A stretch of DNA of 64,000 nucleotides from Gemmatimonadales bacterium (GTDB lineage: Bacteria; Gemmatimonadota; Gemmatimonadetes; Gemmatimonadales; GWC2-71-9): positions 13,881 through 77,880 of the forward strand of contig JBFXBG010000002.1 in assembly GCA_050183505.1 (NCBI GenBank). Direction: 5' to 3'. The translations under genes were made by a program, and so were the position numbers. How positions within the stretch are numbered: the stretch's first letter is position 1; every line of letters begins with the position of its first letter. Of the stretch, positions 52,293 through 61,610 are shown in pieces. The notes below the pieces were generated by a model that made no database searches, was not told the DNA's origin, and saw only the letters and a program-made list of their open reading frames with translations.

Positions 52293-53512
52293 TGCGTATC
52301 CTCGTGGTGGATGACGAGCCGATGGTGCTCGGCGCCATCAAGCGGCTGCTGCTCACCTTCCGGCCCACGCCGGAGGTCATCGCGGAGCCGGGTGGGGCCT
52401 CGGCCGTGGCCCGCATGACGGATGAGCAGTTCGATCTGATCATCACCGACATGGAGATGCCGGGGATGAACGGCGCCGCGGTGCTGGCCCACGTACGGGA
52501 GAACTACCCTCACATGGTGCGGGTGGTCCTGAGCGGCTATGCCGAACCGGCGTCCGGCCTCCAGGCCGTGGCCCTGGCGCATCGATATCTCGCGAAGCCC
52601 TGCACCGTCCAGGATCTGAGCGAGACGATCCGATCGGCCCGGGAAATCCACGACGCCCTGGAGCCGCCCGATGTCCGCACGGCGATCACCGGTCTCACCG
52701 CGCTGCCTACCGCCCCTCCGCTCTATTCCACGCTGGCCAGGGCGTTGCGCCGCCCGAACTGCACCGTCCAGGAAGTGACCGACGTCGTCATGCAGGACGA
52801 CGCCATTGCCGCCAAGGTTCTGCAGGTGGTGAATTCGGCGTACTTCGGTCTGGCTCAGCCGGTCACCGGCCTGCACGATGCCGTCGCCTATCTGGGCCTC
52901 AACACCCTCCGCACGCTGGTGCTGTCGGTCGAGGCGTTCCGGCTCTTCGGCCGGAACGACATGTGTCCCGGCTTCGATCCCGCCGCCCACCATGGGCACG
53001 TCCTGCTCACGGCCAGGATTGCGACCCAGCTCATGGACACGATGGAAGACCGGGAGGACGCCCTGACCGGCGCCCTGCTCCACGACATCGGGAAACTGCT
53101 GCTGGCTTCGCGGCTTCCGGCCCGGTACAGCTCCGTCATGGCCCGGCTCAAGACCCGTCCCGTCCCCTCGGAGCGGGCCGAACTCGAGGAGGGCCTGCCC
53201 GGCCACGCCGCGGTCGGGGCCCATCTGCTGAGTCTGTGGGGGCTGCCGGCCAAGGTGGTGGACATGGTCGCGCATCATCACGACACGGCATACCTGCGCA
53301 GCGGCGGCTGGGGGCCGGCCGTCGCCGTCCATGTCGCCGATGTCCTGGTCCACGAACAGATGGTCCGGCTCGGCCGGGAACCCGCCGGACTGGTCTCGGC
53401 CGACCTGCCCGCGCTGCTCACCGCGCTGGGCCGCATGGGAGACTACCCCGCCTGGCAGGAGCTGACGGCGGATGAAGCCACCCGGGTAGACGGGGAGGAG
53501 GAGATCCTCTAG
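52292..53512 (+). CDS. response regulator with HDOD output domain
   Basis: MRILVVDDEP...DLIITDMEMPGMNG. HDOD region AKVLQVVNSAYFGLAQPVTGLHDAVAYLGLNTLRTLVL. The start overlaps the upstream stop (TAATG). Confidence 0.85.
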   Translation: MRILVVDDEPMVLGAIKRLLLTFRPTPEVIAEPGGASAVARMTDEQFDLIITDMEMPGMNGAAVLAHVRENYPHMVRVVLSGYAEPASGLQAVALAHRYLAKPCTVQDLSETIRSAREIHDALEPPDVRTAITGLTALPTAPPLYSTLARALRRPNCTVQEVTDVVMQDDAIAAKVLQVVNSAYFGLAQPVTGLHDAVAYLGLNTLRTLVLSVEAFRLFGRNDMCPGFDPAAHHGHVLLTARIATQLMDTMEDREDALTGALLHDIGKLLLASRLPARYSSVMARLKTRPVPSERAELEEGLPGHAAVGAHLLSLWGLPAKVVDMVAHHHDTAYLRSGGWGPAVAVHVADVLVHEQMVRLGREPAGLVSADLPALLTALGRMGDYPAWQELTADEATRVDGEEEIL

Positions 53513-53525
53513 CTTCCCGCCACCC

Positions 53526-54170
53526 ATGAACCGCTGCGACACGCTCCTCTTCGACCTCGATGGAACACTGATCGACTCCATCAGGCTCATCATCGAGAGC
53601 TATCACCACACGCTGAGTGCGCACGGGCTCCCGGCCCAGACCGACGAGATCTGGCTCCGGGGCATCGGTACCCCGCTCCGCAACCAGCTGGGGCCGTTCT
53701 GCACCGAGTCCGTCACGATCGAGACCCTGATCGCGACCTACCGCGAGTACAACATCCTCCACCACGACGGGCTGGTGAAGCCCTACCCGGGCGTCGTGAC
53801 GATGATCCGCGCGGTGCGCGCGCGGGGCCTTCGCACCGGGCTCGTCACGAGCAAGAACCGGGCGGGTGCCCTGCGCGGGCTTCGGCTCGCCGGTATCGAG
53901 GATGCGTTCGACACCCTGGTCTGCGCGGACGAAGTGGAAAACCCCAAGCCCCATCCCGAACCTGTCCTCAAGGCCCTGACCCACCTCCAGAGCCGGCCGG
54001 AGACGGCCGTCTTCATCGGCGACAGTGTCCACGACATGGAATCCGGCCGGGCAGCCGGTGTACGTACCGCCGCGGTCCTCTGGGGACCGTTCCGGCGGGA
54101 GCACCTGTCGGAGACCAGGCCGGCCTGGTGGCTGGAGCGCCCCGAAGATGTCCTCGACCTGATCGTGTGA
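53526..54170 (+). CDS. HAD-superfamily hydrolase (phosphoglycolate phosphatase/PpaX-like)
   Basis: Motif I LLFDLDGTLIDS, motif II LVTSK and motif III GDSVHDMESG. Confidence 0.85.
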   Translation: MNRCDTLLFDLDGTLIDSIRLIIESYHHTLSAHGLPAQTDEIWLRGIGTPLRNQLGPFCTESVTIETLIATYREYNILHHDGLVKPYPGVVTMIRAVRARGLRTGLVTSKNRAGALRGLRLAGIEDAFDTLVCADEVENPKPHPEPVLKALTHLQSRPETAVFIGDSVHDMESGRAAGVRTAAVLWGPFRREHLSETRPAWWLERPEDVLDLIV

Positions 54171-54237
54171 CGCGCCCTCGGCACGCGCCCATCCTGCGGT
54201 AACCGTCCGTCCCGGTCACTCCAACTCGGGAGATACC

Positions 54238-54669
54238 ATGTCCCGTGGTGCCATTCCCTTTATCCCCGCCCTCGCGGGACTCCTTGCCATAATGGCCGCA
54301 CCCAGGCCGGTGGTCGCTCAGGCTCCCGTCGTACCGGACAGCGTCCTGGTGGAACGGCTGGTTACCCTCCGGGCGGAACGGCGGGCGCTGCGCTTCCAGT
54401 TCGACCCTTCCTCGCCCCAGATGCGGCTCATGGACGACCGCATCGCCACTCTGGCAGGCACCGTCGACAGCCTGCGGGCCGTGCGCGCCCGGAGGCTGGA
54501 GCGCCTCCAAGCCGAATCCGGCGCGATCCACCACGGGCACCGGAACGACGACTCTGCAGTCGCATCGTTCGAGCGGGCCGTGGAGCGGGCCCGTCATTCC
54601 TTCTGTATCGTTGCCGCCGACGATGCCCGCTGCCGGGATTCCACGGGGGAGCGCAGCGGCGGCCGGTAG
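54238..54669 (+). CDS. hypothetical secreted protein
   Basis: Signal-peptide-like N-terminus (IPALAGLLAIMAAPRPVVAQA). No family recognised. Confidence 0.4.
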   Translation: MSRGAIPFIPALAGLLAIMAAPRPVVAQAPVVPDSVLVERLVTLRAERRALRFQFDPSSPQMRLMDDRIATLAGTVDSLRAVRARRLERLQAESGAIHHGHRNDDSAVASFERAVERARHSFCIVAADDARCRDSTGERSGGR

Positions 54670-54848
54670 GGTCGTCGCGGCAGGGAGGGGCCAGGAACCG
54701 CGCCGGCCGAACCGGCAGGGTTCCCACCTGTAGGGACCGGCACACCCCGCCACCGGCCGGTGCTTGACCCGGCCGCCGGGAACCATTACCATCAAAACAT
54801 TATTTTGACGGTTACATCATCAACGGCGGCCTGATCGGCCGCGGGGAG

Positions 54849-55310
54849 GTGACCATGCCGGAGACACCCGGCCCCGTGCTCGGGCACGTGGGCCTCAACG
54901 TCAGCGCCCTCAGCCGTTCCACGGACTTCTACCGCCGGGCCTTCGGCCTCGAGGTGCTCCGCATCTCAGAGGAAGACGGCCGCCGCTACGCTTTCCTCGG
55001 CCGGGATGGCGCCGTGAGTCTCACTCTCTGGCAACAGTCGAGCGGGGCGTTTGCGATCGACCGGCCCGGGCTCCACCACCTCGCGCTGCGGGTCGAGTCG
55101 ATCGAGGATGTGCGCATCATCGAAGCGAGGCTGCGGGAACTCGGAGCCACGATCCACCACGGCGGCGTGGTACCTCATGGGGAGGGACAGCAGTCCGGCG
55201 GGGTGTTCTTCGAAGACCCCGTCGGCATCCGGGTGGAGGTCTTCGCCCCGAGCGGAGCGGAGGTCGCCGAAGCGCCCACGGCCGGCGCGCCCACCTGCGG
55301 GTTCTTCTAG
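54849..55310 (+). CDS. glyoxalase/bleomycin-resistance/dioxygenase (VOC) family protein
   Basis: LGHVGLNVSALSRSTDFYRRAFGLEV...GLHHLALRVES. The start could be the ATG at 54855. Confidence 0.8.
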   Translation: MTMPETPGPVLGHVGLNVSALSRSTDFYRRAFGLEVLRISEEDGRRYAFLGRDGAVSLTLWQQSSGAFAIDRPGLHHLALRVESIEDVRIIEARLRELGATIHHGGVVPHGEGQQSGGVFFEDPVGIRVEVFAPSGAEVAEAPTAGAPTCGFF

Positions 55311-55319
55311 GAGGCGCCG

Positions 55320-56195
55320 GTGAGCTCCGGTTACCACGAGGGCGAGATAGCGGTTCAGGAACGGGCCGGGGTCCGAAACATCGCCGACCGGGTGGGAAAC
55401 TCCCGGCGGCTCGAGATCCCCGACGCGGCCGGGCAATTCCTGGAAGCCCTGCAGTTCATCGTGGCCGGCACCGCCGATCCCGACGGTCGGCCCTGGGCCT
55501 CCCTGCTTGCGGGTGAGCCCGGGTTCATCCGGCTGCTGGATGGACGCACCTTCGAGATCGACGCGGTTCCGGAACCGGCCGACCCATGGTCGGATTACGC
55601 CGCGGCCGGCGGGCCCGTCGGGCTCCTGGCGATCGATTTCGCCACCCGCCGGCGGGCGCGGATCAACGGCCACTACACGCTGGACCGGACCCGCCGTGTG
55701 CGCATCACGGTCGAGGAGATCTACTCCAACTGCCCCAAGTACATCCGGGTCCGGACGGTGGAACCGCAGACCGGGCCCGGGCTCCGCAACACCGCGGACG
55801 GTCTCAGTGAGGATCAGCGTGCGCTGATCCGTGCCGCCGACACATTCTTTGTAGCCACCGTCCATCCCCACGCCGGGGCGGACGCCTCGCACCGCGGCGG
55901 CGAGCCCGGCTTCGTACGGGTCGAGGGGAATGTCGTGACCTGGCCGGACTACCGGGGCAACGCGATGTTCAACACCCTGGGAAATCTGGCGGTCCATCCC
56001 TCCATCGGGGTGACCTTCCCGGACTTTGCCACCGGACGCCTGCTCCAGTTGAACGGTGTCGCCCGGATCGAGTGGGATCCGCGGAAAGTGGCGGAGTTCC
56101 CCCAGGCAGAGCGGTTGGTGGTCCTTACCGTGGAGACCGCCCGGGAAACCGGACGCGGCCTCCACCAGGTCGGGGAAGGAACGCCGGACGTTTGA
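55320..56195 (+). CDS. pyridoxamine 5'-phosphate oxidase-family FMN-binding protein
   Basis: HEGEIAVQERAG...FIVAGTADPDGRPWASLL and a second split-barrel-like half (FFVATVHP...HRGGEPGFVRV). Confidence 0.75.
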   Translation: MSSGYHEGEIAVQERAGVRNIADRVGNSRRLEIPDAAGQFLEALQFIVAGTADPDGRPWASLLAGEPGFIRLLDGRTFEIDAVPEPADPWSDYAAAGGPVGLLAIDFATRRRARINGHYTLDRTRRVRITVEEIYSNCPKYIRVRTVEPQTGPGLRNTADGLSEDQRALIRAADTFFVATVHPHAGADASHRGGEPGFVRVEGNVVTWPDYRGNAMFNTLGNLAVHPSIGVTFPDFATGRLLQLNGVARIEWDPRKVAEFPQAERLVVLTVETARETGRGLHQVGEGTPDV

Positions 56196-56277
56196 CCCTG
56201 ACCATACGATGACCGCCCCGGCCACCGGAAACCGTTATCCGGCAACAGATTAACCGCGGGACCGCAGGTAACGAATC

Positions 56278-56299
56278 CGTCACGGTCTTGTCACGGTCG
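56278..56299 (+). promoter_or_regulatory. candidate Pho box: two 11-bp-phased direct repeats CGTCACGGTCT / TGTCACGGTCG, 10 nt upstream of a TATCTT -10-like hexamer
   Basis: Read directly upstream of the DUF47-pitA pair. PhoB-type boxes are 11-bp-phased direct repeats with a TGTCA core. Confidence 0.4.
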
Positions 56300-56351
56300 C
56301 CTCCGTGGGTATCTTCCGCGCGGTTTCTGACCATTCGCGGAGATAACTCAC

Positions 56352-56972
56352 GTGCGCCTCCTGCCCCGGGATGAGCGGTTCTTCGATCTCTTTACCGCCG
56401 TCGCGTCGATCAACGTCGAAGCAGCCCAGCATCTCCAGTCCATGCTCCAGGCCGACCCGGACCGGCGCGGCCCGATCGCGGACACCATCAAACGCTGCGA
56501 ACATCAGGCGGACGACCTCACCCATGAGGTCGTGAAGCGGCTCGACCGGAGCTTCATCACGCCGCTCGACCGGGAAGACATCCACATGCTGGCATCCCGG
56601 CTGGACGACATCGTCGACCGGATCGACGGGACGGCCAGGCGGACCATGATCTTCCGCCCCGGTCCGGCTCCCCGGGGGGCGGTGCTGCTGGCCGAAGTGA
56701 TCCACCGGGCCACCGAGCAGATTCTCGCGGGAGTCAAGGTGCTCGAGGGGGGCAAGGCGGCGCTGGTCATCCCCGCCTGCATCAAGGTGAAGCAGATGGA
56801 AGAGGAAGGGGATGCGTTATACCACGAATGGCTGGCCCGGCTGTTCGAGGAATCGTCCGACGCCCTCGGCATCATGAAGTGGAAGGAGATCTACGACACT
56901 CTGGAGAAGACGCTGGACCAGGCCGAGGACGTCGCCAACGTCCTGGAGTCGATCGCCATCAAGCACTCCTGA
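56352..56972 (+). CDS. DUF47/PhoU-like phosphate-transport regulator partner of Pit
   Basis: LLPRDERFFDLF...CEHQADDLTHEV...FITPLDREDIHMLASRLDDIVD. Followed by pitA. Confidence 0.85.
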   Translation: MRLLPRDERFFDLFTAVASINVEAAQHLQSMLQADPDRRGPIADTIKRCEHQADDLTHEVVKRLDRSFITPLDREDIHMLASRLDDIVDRIDGTARRTMIFRPGPAPRGAVLLAEVIHRATEQILAGVKVLEGGKAALVIPACIKVKQMEEEGDALYHEWLARLFEESSDALGIMKWKEIYDTLEKTLDQAEDVANVLESIAIKHS

Positions 56973-56975
56973 CCC

Positions 56976-58016
56976 ATGGACAGCACGGCCGCCTTCGTCC
57001 TGGGCATCATCGGCGTCGCCCTGGTCTTCGATTTCATCAACGGGTTCCACGACAGCGCCAATTCCATCGCGACCGTGGTCTCCACCCGGGTGCTGTCGCC
57101 CGGCGTCGCGGTGCTGTGGGCCGCTTTCTTCAATTTTGCCGCGGCGTTCACCGTGGGGACCGCGGTGGCCAGGACCATCGGCAAGGGCCTGATCGACCCG
57201 TCGGTGGTCGACCCCTACGTCATCCTCGCGGCCCTGCTCGGCGCCATCATCTGGAATCTGATCACCTGGTACCTTGGCCTGCCGACCTCGTCCTCCCACG
57301 CGCTGCTCGGAGGCTTCGGCGGGGCGGCCATCGCCAAGGCGGGAATCGCGTCGCTGCTGCTCAGCGGATGGGTGCTTCCGATCCTCTTCATCGTGCTCTC
57401 ACCGGTGATCGGGATGACCCTCGGCGTGAGCCTCACGATCGGGCTCTCGTGGCTGGTGTACCGCTGGCCGGCACAACCGGTCGAGAAGGCCTTCCGCCGT
57501 CTCCAGCTGGTCTCCGCGGCCCTGTATTCCCTGAGCCACGGGGCGAACGATGCCCAGAAGACGATGGGCATCATTGTCGGGCTGCTGGTGTCCACCCAGA
57601 TGCACTTCGCGGGAGCCACCGGCTGGCTGCGCCTGCTCTACGTGCCGACGGCGGACCGGATCCCCCTCTGGGTGGAGATGATCGCCTACTCCGCGATTGC
57701 GATGGGGACCGCGCTGGGCGGGTGGCGTATCGTCAAGACCATGGGAACCCGGATCACCCGGCTGCGGCCCTTCGGGGGCTTCTGCGCCGAGACCGCCGGC
57801 GGCCTCACCGTGCTCATGGCATCGAGTCTGGGCGTGCCGGTCAGTACGACCCACACGATCACCGGCGCCATCGTCGGTGTCGGTACCGCCCGCCGGCTGT
57901 CCTCCGTCCGGTGGAGGATCGCGGGAAGGATCGTCTGGGCCTGGGTGCTCACCATCCCCATGAGTGCCGCGATGGCCGGAATGGTGTATCTGGCTATGAG
58001 GCTGCTGCTGCGATAG
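56976..58016 (+). CDS. pitA: inorganic phosphate transporter, PiT (PHO4) family
   Basis: FDFINGFHDSANSIATVVSTRVL and the duplicated motif HGANDAQKTMGII. Confidence 0.9.
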   Translation: MDSTAAFVLGIIGVALVFDFINGFHDSANSIATVVSTRVLSPGVAVLWAAFFNFAAAFTVGTAVARTIGKGLIDPSVVDPYVILAALLGAIIWNLITWYLGLPTSSSHALLGGFGGAAIAKAGIASLLLSGWVLPILFIVLSPVIGMTLGVSLTIGLSWLVYRWPAQPVEKAFRRLQLVSAALYSLSHGANDAQKTMGIIVGLLVSTQMHFAGATGWLRLLYVPTADRIPLWVEMIAYSAIAMGTALGGWRIVKTMGTRITRLRPFGGFCAETAGGLTVLMASSLGVPVSTTHTITGAIVGVGTARRLSSVRWRIAGRIVWAWVLTIPMSAAMAGMVYLAMRLLLR

Positions 58017-58053
58017 GGGAGTTCAGGACGCCTTCGAACCCGTTGTCTGGTGG

Positions 58054-58836
58054 TCACTTGACGTCGAACGTCTTGTGAATCCCGTCGCTGTCCAGGATGG
58101 GCGGAATCTTTCCCCGGATCCAGGTCTCCACATCCAGATTGGCCTTGAGCGTCGGACCCACCAGATCGATCCAGAAATCCCGGTCCCACTTCCGGTTCTT
58201 CGCGATCACCTTGAACGCCAGCCCTCCGCGCGTCCCGCAGTCGATCGTATCGGAGTCCCCGGCCGCATTGGGGTTCAGCGGCCGGCTGAGCAGATAGAGC
58301 GGATCGGTCTTGCCCAGCGTCGCCGGGATTCGGGGCAGGTAGACCTGAGGCTCCTGATGGTTGCTCATCTGGGTGGCGATCCGGCCCGCGGTGGCCAGGT
58401 CGAGCGATACGCAAAGGAACGTCTGCCCATAATCCGGTGTGGGCATCCCGCGGGCATGCGGATCCGCGAACTTGGGCCACGAGTGCAGCAACCAGAGCGC
58501 CGTCTTCGTGGCGGTATCGAAGGCGATGACGCCTCTGGTATGCCCGAAGCTGCCGCTGTCCCCGCGTTTGGCATCCGCGGGCATCTCGTCGTTGTAGAGG
58601 ATCCAGCCGGTACTTTCCGCGGGCTAGTCGAACACGGAATCGAGCGTCAGGTCGAGAGCGCCCTTCCCGTTGGTCAGTTCATTGGGCGACCGGACAACCT
58701 GATCCACGGCGGGATCGTAGTACAGATACTCATACCCCACAGCCGAGGGAATTCCCGTCTGCGCGGACAGCTTCGGCACCTTGTAGGCAAACCACCAGTC
58801 AACCGGTTTGCCGCTCTCGTTCAGCGGGGAGTTCCA
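58054..58836 (-). pseudogene. decayed DNase II-family (PLD-superfamily) nuclease gene: in-frame TAG, no start codon, C-terminal part missing
   Basis: Minus-frame translation: GKPVDWWFAYKVPK ... VFD*PAESTGWILYNDEMP ... GHTRGVIAFD...WLLHSWPKF...YGQTFLCVSL. TAG at 58624..58626. The frame opens after a TGA at 58837..58839 with no ATG/GTG/TTG. It ends before the second HxK motif. Confidence 0.7.
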
Positions 58837-58892
58837 TCAGTGTCTTCGTCGCCGGGATGAGCCGTCCTGGCCGGAGAGCGCCGGCCCACGAT

Positions 58893-58952
58893 CCACCTGC
58901 CCCCACCTGCCCACACATGCCCCCACCTGCCCTCACCTCCCCTACGCCGCCC
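58893..58952. repeat. one-armed tandem array, 10-nt unit CCACCTGCCC (6 degenerate copies)
   Basis: ccacctgccc ccacctgccc acacatgccc ccacctgccc tcacctcccc tacgccgccc. The last units overlap the 3' end of the GT4 gene. Confidence 0.7.
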
Positions 58953-60087
58953 GGATCACGACCGGCTGCACCGCGGCGTCGCGGTACTGGGCTTCCAGCT
59001 GGTCGAAGATGACGTCCCAGCGCCGGTCGCGTGCCGTCTGCAGGGCGCCGAGCGACAGCCGCCGGCGCAGTTCCGTGTCCGCGAGCAGTCGTTCCAGCCC
59101 CCGGGTGATGGCATTGGCGGACTGGGGTTCGACCAGCCAGGCATTGGCGCCATGCCGGGCGAACTCCACCACCCCGCCGGCCGCGGCCGCCAGGCACGGC
59201 AGGCCGGAGGCCATGGCCTCAAGCAGGGCGTTGCCGAAGGTCTCGGTCGAGGAAGGAAAGGCGAACAGGTCGGCCGAGGCGTAGGCCACCGACAGGTCCC
59301 TCCCCTGCAGGACTCCGGCAACCCGCACGCCCGGGATGTCGCGTTCCTGGAGTTCCTGCTCCATGGGCCCCTTGCCCACCAGCAGCAGTTTCACGTCATC
59401 CCGCCTCCCCAGGAGTTCCCAGGCTTCCACCAGCAGGTCCAGGTCCTTTTCCCGCGCGATCCGGCCCACGTACGCCACCAGCAGATCCCTCGGCCCCACG
59501 CCGAGTGAGCGGCGGAATTCGTCGCTCCGCCAGACCGGATTGAAGAGATCGGTCTCCACGCCCCGGGTCCAGATGCCGGTATGCCGCACGCCCCGGGCAT
59601 GGAGATGGCGCTCGTAGACGCTCGAGGGGCACAGCACCTTTCCGGTCTGGCCGTAGAACCACCGGAGATAGCGCCACCCCGCCCGCATCACCCAGTCGAG
59701 CCCATACCGGCCGGCGTACCGCTCGTAGTCGGTGTGTGCCGAGGCGATCACCGGCACGTCCAGCGCCCGTGCAACCTTGAGGCCGGCCTTGCCCATGGCG
59801 AACTCGGTGGCCACATGCACCACGTCGGGCCGGAAGGCGCGGGCGTCGTCCAGCACATCCCGGAACCGGGGAAAGGCCCACTGCACATCGGGATAGAGAA
59901 ACAGCGGGATGCTGGGCGAGCGGTGCGCCTCGGGCCGATCCGGCCGGCCCCCGGGCAGGGGATAGGACGCGGAATAGACCCGGACCGCATGCCCCCGTGC
60001 CTGCAACGCCTCACTCAGCCGGAGCAGGGTCACCCCCACGCCGCTCACCATGGGCCAGTAGACTTCGGAAAACAGGGCGATGCGCAT
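58942..60087 (-). CDS. family-4 (GT-B) glycosyltransferase
   Basis: MRIALFSEVYWPMVSGVGV... and C-terminal FAFPSSTETFGNALLEAMASGLP (EX7E). Start set to the second ATG (the ORF track starts at 60114). Confidence 0.85.
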   Translation of the reverse strand: MRIALFSEVYWPMVSGVGVTLLRLSEALQARGHAVRVYSASYPLPGGRPDRPEAHRSPSIPLFLYPDVQWAFPRFRDVLDDARAFRPDVVHVATEFAMGKAGLKVARALDVPVIASAHTDYERYAGRYGLDWVMRAGWRYLRWFYGQTGKVLCPSSVYERHLHARGVRHTGIWTRGVETDLFNPVWRSDEFRRSLGVGPRDLLVAYVGRIAREKDLDLLVEAWELLGRRDDVKLLLVGKGPMEQELQERDIPGVRVAGVLQGRDLSVAYASADLFAFPSSTETFGNALLEAMASGLPCLAAAAGGVVEFARHGANAWLVEPQSANAITRGLERLLADTELRRRLSLGALQTARDRRWDVIFDQLEAQYRDAAVQPVVIRAA

Positions 60088-60205
60088 ACGGGAACGCTCG
60101 CGGGTCGTGGTCACGGCGGCTCGACGACCCGGCGACAGAGGAGAAACGGGAGACCGGGAACCTGTCTGAAACTATGGGCAGGACTGAAGTCGCGCCAACC
60201 CGGCG

Positions 60206-61312
60206 CTATTCCTGCGACAGCACGATGAGATGACCGCCGGTTGCCATGGTAATGAGCACGTCCTTGTCCGGAACATCCCCGTTGGGCCCGAAGACGAACC
60301 GTCCGGACACTCCCTCAAACGCCGGCGTCGCGGTACCGACGCCGTCGAGGTAGGTCTTGATCCGGTCCCGGGAAGCTCCGCCCTCGCGGATGGCCCGGGC
60401 CAGGAGGTAGATCGCGTCGTAGGCACCGGCGCCGCGATGATCCGGCAACCGCCCGCCGTAGGCCGCGGCATAGGCCTGCACAAACTCACGGTTCCGCTCG
60501 CCCGGCTGGTCCGGATGGTAGGCCAGGGTGATGTACAGGCTCGCCGGGATGGCCGCAGAGGTTTCCGCCCCGGAAAGACCGTCGGCCCCCAGCACCGGCA
60601 CAGACAGGCCTACCGCACGCATGCCGGCCATGATCGACTCGGCTTCGACCCGCGAGCCCGCAATCATCAGCGCATCCGGGCGCCGCTCGGCGAACAGGCG
60701 CAGATACGGATCGTACGCGTTCATCCCCGGCAGGTAGGGATCCTGCGCGATCACCTTGCCGCCGAGCTTTTCGAAGCTGCGGGTGAACGCGGTCCGGACG
60801 CCGCGGCCGTAGTCGTCATTCTGGTAGAGGACGGCGACGGTGGACGCTCCCAGCCGCTGCCATGCCCACCGGGCCAGCCGGACCCCATGCGCCAGGTCCG
60901 TCGGGCAGACCGCGAACGTGTAGGGGCCCGCCGCGCTCACCGAGGGACTCGATGCCGAAGGCGTGATTTCCACCACCGGAGTGGCGCCGCCGTTGTAGAT
61001 CGGCGCGGCGGCAAGCGTGGCGCCGCTGGTCAGGTGCCCCACGACCGCCAGCACCCGGTCGTCATCATAGAGTCGCTGCGCGACTCTCACCGAAACGTCG
61101 GCGTTGGCGCTGTCGTCGAAAATGGCCAGGTCGAGCGGACGCCCGTTGATGCCTCCCGCCCGGTTGATCTCCGCCCGGGCCAGCTCCGCCGCCAGCTTCA
61201 TCGACTGGCCGCGGGGCTGCGAGAACGGGCCCGCAAGCCCGATCACCACCGGATCGGACCCGGAGCTGCAGGCGGCGATCAGCAACGTCAAGGCAATGAG
61301 TGTGCGGGGCAT
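60206..61312 (-). CDS. ABC-transporter substrate-binding lipoprotein (Leu/Ile/Val-binding, Peripla_BP_6-like)
   Basis: Lipobox LLIAAC, then VVIGLAGPFS...AELARAEINRAGGINGRPLDL. Start set at MPRTLIAL. Confidence 0.85.
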   Translation of the reverse strand: MPRTLIALTLLIAACSSGSDPVVIGLAGPFSQPRGQSMKLAAELARAEINRAGGINGRPLDLAIFDDSANADVSVRVAQRLYDDDRVLAVVGHLTSGATLAAAPIYNGGATPVVEITPSASSPSVSAAGPYTFAVCPTDLAHGVRLARWAWQRLGASTVAVLYQNDDYGRGVRTAFTRSFEKLGGKVIAQDPYLPGMNAYDPYLRLFAERRPDALMIAGSRVEAESIMAGMRAVGLSVPVLGADGLSGAETSAAIPASLYITLAYHPDQPGERNREFVQAYAAAYGGRLPDHRGAGAYDAIYLLARAIREGGASRDRIKTYLDGVGTATPAFEGVSGRFVFGPNGDVPDKDVLITMATGGHLIVLSQE

Positions 61313-61406
61313 TGGCCGGGGAGCATGGGCGAATGAAAGAGCCTGGTGCGGAGTGCGGCGGCGGCACCGGGCACCCGGCATGAAGTGGAGAGGCCGGGGG
61401 CGGACA

Positions 61407-61479
61407 CTGGGGCGGCTGGAGTCGAACCAGCAACCTCCCGGTTAACAGCCGGGCGCTCTGCCGATTGAGCTACACCCCA
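61407..61479 (-). tRNA. tRNA-Asn (anticodon GTT), no encoded CCA
   Basis: Hand fold of the reverse complement TGGGGTGTAGCTCAATCGGCAGAGCGCCCGGCTGTTAACCGGGAGGTTGCTGGTTCGACTCCAGCCGCCCCAG. 7-bp acceptor stem, D arm GCTC/GAGC, anticodon stem CCCGG/CCGGG with loop CTGTTAA, T arm GCTGG-TTCGACT-CCAGC. Confidence 0.85.
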
Positions 61480-61530
61480 TGGAACAGTCAATTCTAGCGT
61501 CGGCCGGGTCCCGGAGGTAGCCATCCGGCT

Positions 61531-61600
61531 ACTTTACTCATCACTCCTGTCTCCTTACTCCTTCGTCTTCCCCGCGTTCTCTTCGTCTCCCCTTCTCTCC
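61531..61600. repeat. degenerate one-armed CT-rich array with 7-nt phasing (NNNTCCT/TCTT)
   Basis: tactcat cactcct gtctcct tactcct tcgtctt ... ttctctt cgtctcc. Lies between the tRNA and the next gene. Confidence 0.4.
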
Positions 61601-61610
61601 ACGGTTCCGC

